Both the position numbers and the translations under genes were made by a program. This document shows positions 20,772 to 30,966 of a stretch of 32,000 nucleotides of DNA, one piece after another. Origin of the DNA: Paramicrosporidium saccamoebae KSL3 (lineage: Eukaryota > Fungi > Cryptomycota); contig MTSL01000093.1 of assembly GCA_002794465.1 (NCBI GenBank), positions 19,485 to 51,484 of the forward strand, written 5' to 3'. Below the pieces are notes generated by a model. That model worked only from the letters and a program-made list of their open reading frames with translations, ran no database searches and was not told the origin of the DNA. Numbering within the stretch: the first letter of the stretch is position 1; each line of letters starts with the position of its first letter.

Positions 20772-21884
20772 ATGCTGGGTGTAGCTGGTAAAAGAGTTTC
20801 ACTGCACCGTCGCAGATTATCCGCTGGAGAGGTTCAAGAGCATCTGGCCAAGTGTCCATTGGATGTGGAAGAGCTCGACTTGTCCCATAATAAACTTGGC
20901 AGGCCAGAAGAAGAGGGAATGTGGGAGCATATATGGAGGGTCGCCACCGCTACTGTAGTTTTGCGTCTCTCCCACAACAGAATTTACAGTATTACTGTTC
21001 CGACATTGCCGCTGCTGAGGTTAGAGGTGCTGGATTTGGCGCATAATGAACTACAGAGCATAAATGGGGATTTATTCACCTGGTTGCCAAACTTGGTTAA
21101 ACTCCGATTGGAAGGAAATCAATTAACCTGTCTCCCGTCCTCTATTGGAACGCTGCAAAAGATTCGCCATTTGTCGATTGGCGGGGAGATTGGTGGTAAT
21201 CAGATTGAAAGGCTGCCTGATGGGATGGATTTCTCGCCCTGTATGGAGATTTTTGACTGCAGCCAGAACAAGTTGCTAGAGTTTCCGTCGTTCATCTCTG
21301 CATGGGATAGAGCCGAGGTGATCAAGGCCGGTGATAATGAAATTGTCTCGCTTCCGTCAATAGATTTGTCGAAAATGACCAATCTCAAAGAGCTTTGTTT
21401 GCAAGGAAATTCAATTTCAAAGTTACCAGATCAGATCCGATGGCCAGAGTCAATGCAACTATTGAATTTGTGTAACAACAAGATTGCAGTGATTCCGGCG
21501 TCGCTGCTGAAATCGCTCCCACCCACCTGTACTGTGTTATTGGCCGGTAATCCGTGTGTTATGCAGCAGGATACTCCGACCACATATTCAAGCCTTGTAG
21601 TGCCCAGTTTATTGGAATTGGCAGCCCGCAGATCAATACAGGATTCACCAATTCAGCGACCCTTGACTCCGCCAATATGCGCCTACCTCAATAGGCCGGT
21701 GGAGAGTTGCGCCTTCTGTCCGATGAGGTTTCTCCAGCCTTGCGCACGAGTGATCCTAAACCAGACTGTTAGAGGACATGCAGACGTCCCCACCGAGGGG
21801 TTTGTATGTTCTCTGTCATGTCCAAGACTATACTTGGAAAAGGGCAACCTCAAGCTACACCCAGCCGATCTATTCGAATTCTAG
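20772..21884 (+). CDS. Leucine-rich repeat protein with C-terminal BC-box-like and Cys-rich module (LRRC58/LRRC28-like)
   Basis: About 8-9 LxxLxLxxNxL repeats, then VPSLLELAARRSI and CAFC...VCSLSC. LRR identity is certain; the subfamily call is by recall. Confidence 0.75.
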   Translation: MLGVAGKRVSLHRRRLSAGEVQEHLAKCPLDVEELDLSHNKLGRPEEEGMWEHIWRVATATVVLRLSHNRIYSITVPTLPLLRLEVLDLAHNELQSINGDLFTWLPNLVKLRLEGNQLTCLPSSIGTLQKIRHLSIGGEIGGNQIERLPDGMDFSPCMEIFDCSQNKLLEFPSFISAWDRAEVIKAGDNEIVSLPSIDLSKMTNLKELCLQGNSISKLPDQIRWPESMQLLNLCNNKIAVIPASLLKSLPPTCTVLLAGNPCVMQQDTPTTYSSLVVPSLLELAARRSIQDSPIQRPLTPPICAYLNRPVESCAFCPMRFLQPCARVILNQTVRGHADVPTEGFVCSLSCPRLYLEKGNLKLHPADLFEF

Positions 21885-22037
21885 TACTCGGACCATTTTC
21901 AGCCCATATACATGTAATTGTAAGCGTACTCCATTATGTGAAATTATCGCTGATTATCGAGCCAATTATTGCTGATTTGTGCTACCATGTATCATTCAAA
22001 AACCAGACCATGACAATTACGACAAAAATAAAATAAA

Positions 22038-22970
22038 TCAATTGGGAGTAAAACTGCTCTGTGGAACAAGGGGAAATTTTCTTGGACGTCCCCGCCCTCT
22101 CTTGATCAATTGATTTAGGCCTGGGATAGGAGGAGCAGTGGGGATTGTAGACGTATCTCGAGGTTCGGGGGGTGGAAATGTGCTTCGATATAAATCGTGA
22201 TTTTGAGGAGCAGCCTCGGGCTGCACATCCATTTTGTGGGTTTGTTCCTGATCGTGAGGGACGTTACCCTCTTTTATCGACACTTTGGGAACCCTTGGCT
22301 GTTTACTGCTCCGCGGGATTGCCTTTAGCTGCTCCTCCAACTGAGCCACTCGATCATACAAATATAGACAAAACTTTTGCAGTTTTGTGATTTCCAGTCC
22401 AGACACATTAATTTGTCTCGGCTCGGGTGTCGTCGTATTGCCGGTGATGGCGATATTATCCTTGGCGGTACTCATGGTGGGAATTTCACCAGATAATTCG
22501 TAAAATGCCAAAGCATCTGAAGAGAAGGTAAACTGACCTCTACAGTAATTAGCAGTGACTATTGAATACCGCCAGCCATCGAGTTCTGGTGTGGTTGTGC
22601 GATACATGCGGCCCAGCGTGGTGGCGCATTTTTTGCAAGTCATCAAATGATACGTACTAACCAGTCAATATGCTGACAGCGACAGCGAATACCTCCCGTA
22701 GTCCATTCCCGAGAGACTTGTGTGTAATGTCTCGTCAATTATTGCGCCCTCTGCTTTTCCTAACCATGAGTAACATGGACACAGCGTACGTTGCAAGGTG
22801 ATGGTCCGCAGGTTAGGGTTCAAGTCAATTATGGTGCAAGTGTCGCCAACAATGGTTCGACATGTCACACACTGTAGTACCAAGGGACATGAAATGGGAC
22901 GCAACTCGTCCAACGCGCCACTAACCTCTACATTTGCCGCCGAGCCGGCCTCGTCACCGACACCGAGCAT
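22038..22970 (-). CDS. MIS18: Mis18 (Yippee/Mis18 zinc domain + coiled coil) with C-terminal AT-hook, 4 exons, ~278 aa
   Basis: Introns 22760-22789 (30), 22657-22692 (36) and 22540-22569 (30). Spliced product VLQCVTCRTIVGD...STYHLMTCKKCATTLGRMYRTTTPELDGWRGQFTFSSDALAFYEL follows the Mis18 pattern, then EITKLQKFCLYLYDRVAQLEEQL and KRGRGRPRK. Confidence 0.88.
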
Positions 22971-23115
22971 AACCCCTCCCGCATCAAACCGGACCTTTCT
23001 AATAGGAAGTTTACATGTTTGTTAATGATGTAAATGTGGTTGGATAAAGTTTGTTTGGCGGTGCTTGACGAGCACATTTGGTTCGTCTGTTTACTCTGGC
23101 GAAACCCAGCCAACC

Positions 23116-24287
23116 ATGATCCATGAGCGGTACCCGTGCCATCTGTGCTAACCAGTTGCAGGACTGCTTGTCCAGGACCTGCTGAACAAGACGTGGCACC
23201 GGGTGGACGCCGTCACTTTCGTCAATTCTGCCACTGTAACTGCAGCTGCATCCATAAATGCCATCACGCCCACGAACAATGCGCCACCGACACCAACCGA
23301 CTCGAGTCGCCGAAAATGGAGCAGAACACGAGGCCCGACTCGCTGGCCAGCATTGTGGAGGAATTCGAGTCGGGAAGGATGAGCTTGGGCGCCTCCAACG
23401 ACGAGCTTGTGAGAAAGTTGCAGATTAGCGATTTTGCGCTCGAAAAGGACTTGGGGGAGGGTGCCTATGCGTTTGTGAAACAGGGCCGATATAGGTGGGA
23501 AGAGGAGGCCAAGCCGGTTGTCATCAAGATGATGATAAAGTCAAAGCTGCAGACCGAGTCTATTTTGCACGACTTTGACACGGGACTCAGTCTCCCCATC
23601 GAGCTGTATGCGCTGCGGCATTTGAGAGAGCATCCTCATCCGAACATTGTGTCCATGATTGATGCCTTTGAGGATCCGCAGTATTACTACATCCTCATGC
23701 CAATGCATGGGAGGGGAGAAGACTTGTTCGAATACATTGAGAAGCATGGGGACTTTATATCTCCCGAAAAGGTGGCACGCATCTTTTCACAAGTTGTCAT
23801 GGCTATTGCCCACTTGCATAGAACCCTTGGTCTTGTGCATCGTGACATTAAGGATGAGAACATTATTATTGACGAAAACGACCGCATCCTATTGATAGAT
23901 TTTGGCTCATGTGCGTACTATCGGGGAGGGATGCCCTTAACAGAAGCTGACGTACGTCGTGGCAAGCGACTGCCGTATTTCGACGTTTTCCATGGATCCA
24001 TTGATTACGCATCACCAGAGGTGCTACGGAATGAGCCCTATGATGGACCACAACAGGATGTCTGGGCATTGGGCGTGTTGTTGTATACGTTGACGTTTAA
24101 GGAGGTCCCCTTCCGGTCAACTAGCGATGTACTCGAAGGGCGACTTCGTTTACCGTTCGAGTCTGACCTGGAAATTTCTGCCATGATCAAAGCCATCCTG
24201 TCTCCAGATCCGACGAGTAGGCCGACGGCAGAGGTCCTCGCCGAACATCCATGGATTGTCAAAAATTATGAAGCTGCGATGAATTAG
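23116..24287 (+). CDS. Ser/Thr protein kinase, PAS-kinase (Psk/PASK) catalytic-domain family, no PAS domain seen; start uncertain
   Basis: LGEGAYAFV, VVIK, HPNIV, EDPQYYYILMPMHGRGEDLFEYIE, HRDIKDENII, LIDFGS, YASPEVL, QDVWALGVLLYTL. ATG 23116 plus intron 23130-23161 (32 nt, GCTAAC branch) is in frame; ATG 23316 is an alternative start. Confidence 0.88.
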
Positions 24288-24510
24288 AACTGTAAATAGA
24301 AACTATTGCATGGTAATGAATCTGTTGGGTGAGAGAATTTGCGGAGGAGAGAGAAAGCGCCCATCCCTTATTTCTCACAGTTGTTGCTCATTTGCCTCCC
24401 ATTTTTCAGTCATCCCCTCCCATTCCCATTGTCACACATTTATCCCTCATATCATCGCTAGACCTCGCGCTCATTAAAGTTTCAGCCTCAAGTGGCAATT
24501 TATTACAAAA

Positions 24511-26995
24511 TTACAATCTCTCTACTCTATCAGCCCGTGGGGGACGGGTATTTGTGTAGTCAATAATCATAATTATCGCGATTACGGCCAATCCGTAGGT
24601 CATCATGAACAACATTCGTCGACTCCACGCCAGCACCAAGCCCGTCATTGTCCAACGCACTATTCGCGCTGGATACCGTCCCATCGCGCTGTAATTGATA
24701 CGACCATATGCTAAAAGGTCAGCACAGATCGCAATGGGCAGAGTCAGCCACGGCGCATGGTCAATGACTGACCAGCTGCCATTCATCAGATTCTTTGGCC
24801 ATACTCCCAGCAGAATGACATTGGTTGCATTCACCATCGCCAGCAGTTTCAGGTATCCTCGAGCAACACAAGAATTCTCGGGACGTGTGAGCATTACAAC
24901 CGACATGCCGAGAAAGGCAAAGAGGAGGGCATAGGGGATCGGAGTGAGAATGGCAGCCGGATAAATGACCGACTGGAAACTGCCACGAGAGCGCTTCTTG
25001 GATTCCGCAAAAAAATTGAAATACGACAAGGGCCACTGTACAAGGTTAAACACGGAAATCACAGCTATCCAAAAGAATGCAAAAACGATGATAGTCGGGA
25101 TCATGCCAGGATCGCCACTAAGCAACAAGTATTCCCACACTACGGTGGGAAGAAATTTCTCGCCAGCAAAATGTTTCACACACAGTATGGAGAAGAAGAT
25201 GAGAAACACATCAGGCTGCCAGAACTTTAGGGGACGAGACTCGAACAATCCGGCGAGAGCAGCAACAAATCCAATTCCAATGATCCACCAACAATATCTT
25301 CTCATCCAAAGTCCTGCTGTAGCCAGGAGTGATATCGAAAAGGCTATAGTGACAGACTCCTCCCCACACTCGGGCGACATCCAAATGTCCACTTTGTCCG
25401 TCCTGAAGGCATTTCTGATTAGTGGATTTCGGTGCATTCGGACAATCATTGTCCGTTGGCCATTGAACCAAACTGTCTCTCCGTTCTGCGAGTTTTTCAC
25501 CCGCACAACTAGTTGGGTTGAGACACAGCTAAAATGGATTTTGTAATAGACATCACTGGTCGGTACTTTGACCTCAACTCGTCTGTGGAGGTGCTGACTG
25601 GCGGGGAAGGTAACCGAAGAGGTTCTGTAGAATCGGAGGGTGCTCCATAACGGTCTGCGGGTGAGAGCAGCCTTGCTAACGTAAAGATATCCAAAGGAGC
25701 CGTGGCATGACCTGGCGTCAATGCGGACAACCTTTAACGACTTGGCCTTTGAGCTGATCCTAAGCGACCACGCCATACTGGTTCCATTGAGAGGAAGCAC
25801 CTCGGCTGAAAAGTCTGCTCTTGGCAGAGTCTCCACTTTGAGACACTCGAGGAGATTTGCTGTGCTTGTCAGCTCGACGTGGAAATTTCCATTTGTCGCA
25901 GTGGAAATTTCAAAAAACCTTCCATGCAGCATTTCCGCCACATCTCTCTTGGGCTGTATGGTGGTTTCATGGGATCCCAGTGACTTGCATTCGAGCAACT
26001 CTGCAGATATATCTTTGCCGGTGCGCCGTTGGTCTGCACTGAGCAAAAGTCCAGTTTCGGGGGAGAATTGCTCCAGGACAGCCCTAACACCTATCCCCAC
26101 CGCATTTTTGCATGAGGTGAACGGGTTGTGCCTGGGATAGCACCACATTGATGACGTGTAGCCAGTCCATTGTCGTATCACATGGTCACTCTCGAGAAAT
26201 CCAAGCTCCGAGCTGATTATTTTGTCGTGTGCGCCAAACAAGATTGTGCGCATCACCACCCCTTCCAGAAGCGGGGAGGAATCACGCCACAATTGTTGAA
26301 TGCCGTGGTAGAATTTTTCAAGATTCCAATCAAACGATGCAGCGGAGGAGTAATGGGGGCTGCCCATGGTAATGATGGATTTGACAGATCCCGGTGTGTG
26401 TAGGGCGTTGAGGAACACGGAAGAAGAGATCACTCCGCCCATGGAATGTCCGACTAGAACGACATGTTTGGCACGGCCGTTATAACGTGACAAAATATAA
26501 TTGATGCAGTCGGTCATGAAGAGAGATTGTCTTATCGTGCTCGCCCCATGGATCCCACTGTACTCGTTATTATGGTTCACTGCATAGACGTCAAAGTTGA
26601 TATTTCGGGTCAGTCCCGCCTCCTTTAGTCTTTGCGCAAAGTACCCAAGTTGAACATGTCCGCCGCCGTGGCCCGGAATAAGTAACACGGGCTGCCCCTT
26701 GGACTAGTCATAAGACCAAAAACATGCATATTAATACCTCAAAATCCTCCATCTTTTCTACGAACAGGAACAGAGAGTACGTTGGAACATAGCTGCTCCA
26801 TCTCAAGTCACGTTCGTAAGCTGAAATATTGGCGAACGAGTCCACCACGGGCACGGCCTCGCAGCGCTGCGGCTCGGTCATTTGTGGAAAGACGACTCCG
26901 TCATAATATGCGCAGAGCACCATAAATGCCAGCAGTAGGGTGCAGGTAAGAGAAATGAGTCGCTTAGAGGTGATCACCAGGTGTTCAGAGGACAT
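24511..26995 (-). CDS. BST1: GPI inositol-deacylase PGAP1/Bst1-like, paralog A, 2 exons, ~816 aa
   Basis: N-terminal TM; intron 26704-26737 (34 nt); GQPVLLIPGHGGG, FDVYAVNHNNEYSGIHG, LVGHSMGG nucleophile elbow, ITMGSPH, candidate catalytic Asp (GAHD) and His (RHNP), multiple C-terminal TMs. Confidence 0.88.
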
Positions 26996-27055
26996 TCATT
27001 CACAACGACAAGGGTGAGGCGACATTACAAGAATGTCTATATGGGGAAGGCATGT

Positions 27056-29423
27056 TTATTTTTGTGCACAGTAGACAGAATAAATGATGAGGGGTATAGA
27101 CAGGGCGCTAAAGGTTCGAAGTGGCCAATAGAGATGATTATTTCCAAAAGCGGCGGTCCCCATACACATGATGACGAGACTTGCCCACAGGTAGATCCTT
27201 ATGGAATATGGCGACTGGGTGATTGTTCTTAATGTGAACATTTCGGTTTTGACAATCACTACTAATCCAAAGAACGGCAAGATGAAGAATGGGTCGATCT
27301 CGTCAAGGCTATGCCAACTCTGCCATAACTTTAGGCTTACCAGCGCCAGCGGTCCCTCGATCAGGGCAAAGAACGCAAAGAGCGGTACTAGACTCTTGGC
27401 TACTCCAGAGCCACCCTCTTCATCATCCAAAGCGAGCTTGAAACAGGTCACGAGGAGTAGTGCAAATACAAATAAAAACGCAACTGGCGCTGGCAGCAAA
27501 ATGCATGGAATGATCAGGGCAATCAGTGGGCCTTTTCTGACGAGCTTCCTTCCAGTATAGTGTGCGCGATCGGAGTGTAAAAAGCAGGCAGACTTTTTCT
27601 GAAAAGCTTCCATACTAACGGAGAGCAAGACTATGCTGGCGATCGTGACAGTATTACTGACTATTGCAAGTAGGCAGGCGAAAAATAGTTCAGAAATCGG
27701 GTCACAGGGCGTTCCATTAAAGTAATGCCACAGACAGTAAACACTTTTTCCGGAAAGCAGTGTGAGCGCTGACATGCAGAATAGCCATGGATCAAGAACA
27801 GTTAATCTTAGTGCCTTTCCAGATCCTTTCCAAACTGCGTATATAAGCAGACACGAAAACACAATCTGTGCAGCTATTGTCAGTTGAAATTGTCTCCGTA
27901 GTAATTCTGCCATAGATGAACCGAAATTTAAAGAAACGCGAATACGAACCGGCAAAACCGTCGCATTTAACCACAAATCGGCTCGTATGCCAGGCACATG
28001 AGTGTCGAATCGGATTAGGGCCCGGCAAGTGTTAGAGTACCAGCGCTCCTCACCAGAGCTAGAATGCGCAATTCTTATTGTTGCATTACTGCAGTTGGTT
28101 TGCGAAGTTATGTCGAGTAAGTACTCCTTCCAACCGAATGAAAGTTGGGGCATAACAAAAGAGTACAAAGGCACTGTCGATTCCCCGACACTAAGAGACT
28201 CGACAACATTTTCAGAGTCGATGTTGTGGGGAGAATTGACGGATCTGTCACTCGTCAAAGAGCCAGTGAGCCCAAAAGTAGTTATAATGCCCTTAAATGA
28301 AGGGGCCGACACCAAAGTATCATTCGTGAGGGCGCCCAAGCGTTCCCCTATCCATCTATGCGCAAACAGATTTACTGTCGCGGCAATTTCCCTCTTTCGG
28401 GCTACCGGATCCTCCAACTGGGCCAGCTTGTCAATTATCCTAGCGAGCACTAGTAGGAAACTATGACAAGAGATTATTCCATTATGATCCGGACAGAGCA
28501 TCCAATTCTCAGGAAATACTTTGGCAACAACAACATCGGGAGCTAGCTGTATAAAGTCACTCGCCGCTGAAACCTCTCGATCTCGGGGTGTAGGAGGCAC
28601 CAGAACAAGTGTCACATTTCTCAGTGCGGGGTTATCCTTGGCGCCCCAGAAATTTGTCACTGTTTGATATGCATGTACCAAGGCGCGATCTACCGAGACG
28701 ATGGGCCGGAAATGGGGCGAAACAATTGTAATAATATTTCTGACAGTTCCAGGCTGAAATTGAGGGAGCGCCATTCCAAGACTTGCAACTATACCGCCCA
28801 TGGAATGGCCCACAACAAGCACACTTTCAGGCATTATTACAAGTCTGTCGGTCCTCTTCCTCAGCCTATACAGCCTCAAAATCAAGTTAATACAATCCGT
28901 CATAAACGAAGCCTGATCCGTGAGTGCCGTGCCGTGAAAGCCTGAATATTCTTCCCCATGATCAACTACACTATGTTAACACCAACGACACGGTTCTACC
29001 TGAAAACACATCGAAACGAGTCTGAATATCACTGGAAACGCCCAACTGCATTGCCAACCATCTCACCTGCCTGAAAGAACCTCTGTTCCCTGGCAGAAAT
29101 AACACTGGAGTCCCACTTAGCTACACCCATCGAACTCTAGCTGAAGGGTGTACATGAGGAAGAGCTTCCAGCTTGGAGTATACTTGTAGGCCGTATTTAG
29201 TAAACCGTGTCCAGTTCAGCGCCATCCCTTCCGGAATCAACGAGTCGACATTATAAAACTTGTGCTTTTCCCAAAGCACCTCCCGGCACAAATCGGTAGG
29301 CAGGTAGCGATCGTTCAGTCTTTGATTGCCCACCAAATGTCCCAAAGCATACAGAAAAAGTAAACCAAATCCCACCTGCAGTAGCAACCAGAGCTTCCCG
29401 ATATTCGGAATACATGGCGGCAT
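27056..29423 (-). CDS. BST1: GPI inositol-deacylase PGAP1/Bst1-like, paralog B, 3 exons, ~766 aa
   Basis: N-terminal TM; introns 29121-29153 (33) and 28966-28999 (34); SGTPVLFLPGNRGSFRQVR, FDVFSVDHGEEYSGFHG, VVGHSMGG, SPH, RD, DHNGIISC, multiple C-terminal TMs. Confidence 0.9.
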
Positions 29424-29488
29424 GCCGGGACATTACTCGGATCGAAGGTGCCTATCCAATCTTGGTATCCATATGCCCAAACCGAGAC

Positions 29489-29492
29489 AAAA
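29489..29492 (-). terminator. RNA polymerase III oligo-T terminator of tRNA-Sec
   Basis: TTTT directly follows the discriminator G on the minus strand (...CTAGCG-TTTT-GTCTCGGTTT). Confidence 0.7.
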
Positions 29493-29579
29493 CGCTAGGT
29501 AGGCAGAATCGAACTGCTCGGGTGTTAACCCGCTGAGGATTTGAAGTCCTCCCCCGACACCAGCCGAGATCGACCCAGC
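29493..29579 (-). tRNA. tRNA-Sec: Selenocysteine tRNA, anticodon UCA (tRNA-Sec), eukaryotic 9/4 fold, 87 nt, no encoded CCA
   Basis: Minus strand: GCTGGGTCG AT CTCGGC TGGT GTCGGG G GAGGA CTTCAAA TCCTC A G CGGGT TAAC ACCCG A GCAG TTCGATT CTGC CTACCTAGC G. 9-bp acceptor stem, 6-bp D stem with UGGU loop, CUUCAAA anticodon loop, long variable arm, 4-bp T stem and G discriminator, all diagnostic of eukaryotic tRNA-Sec. Confidence 0.95.
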
Positions 29580-29601
29580 GAAAATGTAATTAATGCGCCC
29601 C

Positions 29602-29608
29602 TTTTAAA
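29602..29608 (-). promoter_or_regulatory. TATA-like element upstream of tRNA-Sec
   Basis: TTTAAAA at -29 to -23 relative to tRNA G1, where metazoan tRNA-Sec genes carry an external TATA. Confidence 0.45.
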
Positions 29609-29816
29609 TTGGCCACGGGTGGATCAGATAAAGTTTGTGGGTTTGGATGGTGCATAGTCCCTCTAAACCTGACAATATCAATTACAGGAAGCAGCAGCTT
29701 GTTGGCAGAACTTGGAGTGCTTTAATCGGATTTTCGTTATTGGGGATAGCGTTAGGTAGCACTGTGACAGTCGCTCTAATTGTCGTTAGGGTATCTTTAT
29801 AAAAAGAAGCACGAAG

Positions 29817-30950
29817 ATGGACGATGAAATACCAGCGCTTGTGGCTGCTACTAGTGGGCACGAACAACTTACCCAGCCCCGTGTACCTGTTACCATCCTA
29901 ACTGGATTTCTTGGAGCAGGAAAGAGCACTCTTTTGTCGCGCATCCTGCGTGAACGCCATGGTTGGAAGGTTGCGGTCATAATGAATGAACTTGGTCCTT
30001 CAAGTTCAGTCGACAAAGCTCTCCTGCTCCAACACACCAGTACCATCGGTGAGGAATGGCTCGAAGTGGAAAACGGTTGTCTGTGCTGCACAGCCAAAAA
30101 TGAAACCTTTTTGGCTATCGAGTCTCTGTTGAAGAGGAGACCGGACATTGAACATGTTATTATCGAGGCCAGCGGAGCAGCCGATCCGGGAGCTTTGGTC
30201 CAGAAACTATGGATGGATGAAGCGTTAGAGTGTCGAGTGTTCTTGGACGCGGTCACTGGAGTGGTTGATTGCAGTACAGCAATGAGTCTCATGGACCCCA
30301 ATGGCCTGCATTACGCTGTAGAGGCGGCTAGACAGGTGGCCATTTCCGATTGCATATTGCTTAACAAGACGGATTTGGTTTCTCCTGACGACTTGTCGAC
30401 AGTCGAGTCGATCATCAAAGACATTAACCCCATTGCCAAGATTATCCGAACGCAATTTTCCAAGTAACTACTCTACCCTCGGTATTAACTATACAGTGCT
30501 CCGCTTGATGTCATCTTGCGACTAGGACGATACGAGTCCAACTCCATCACTGCCCATCCACGCGATTTGTATTCCGATCTGCTAGAACAAGCAATGAGAA
30601 TATCTCTCACCCCACATACCACGGCAGCCATTCGCTCTTTTACCGTATATTTGAAACGCCCAATTGACTATGACGCTTTTGAATATTGGCTTTTCCCCCT
30701 CCTCTGGGAACGCCGAATCGGTGACTATAATCTCCCGAGCGACGATCTACTTCTACGGATAAAAGGTGTCGTGGCCTTGTCTCGGGACACGAAGACGGGG
30801 CCTTATGCCTTGCAGGTTGTCCAGGACAAGTATGATTTGGAACTACTAACAAATTGGACCTTGGGTGACTCGGCAGTCATTTTTATTGGACGTATTGAGG
30901 AAGCAACCGAAAACATTTTGAAAGCCTCAATTTTAAGACTTTGCAAATAA
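29817..30950 (+). CDS. ZNG1: COG0523/CobW-family G3E GTPase zinc metallochaperone (ZNG1/CBWD), 2 exons, ~366 aa
   Basis: VPVTILTGFLGAGKSTLL (Walker A), MNELG, NGCLCC, IEASGAADPG, LLNKTD. Intron 30464-30496 (33 nt) joins the CobW_C domain (LLRIKGVV...LQVVQDKY...VIFIG). Confidence 0.94.
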
Positions 30951-30966
30951 ATTCATTTTTCATGCC

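Noticed and set aside
20662-20784. Alternative LRR gene start: ATG 20662 plus a 23-nt GTAAGT...GTGTAG intron (20762-20784) joins in frame
   Set aside because: Shorter than every other intron here, no branch site, and the added 33 aa show no recognisable features. Left unresolved in favour of ATG 20772.
7522-29423. GPI-biosynthesis gene cluster (GAB1 plus two BST1)
   Set aside because: GAB1 lies about 15 kb and many unrelated genes from the BST1 pair; co-occurrence is plausible by chance in a compact genome.
29493-29579. Reading the UCA tRNA as a Trp or opal-suppressor tRNA implying UGA reassignment
   Set aside because: The 9/4 fold, 6-bp D stem and long variable arm are Sec-specific, and three genes in the window (5021, 12703, 22038) end at TGA.
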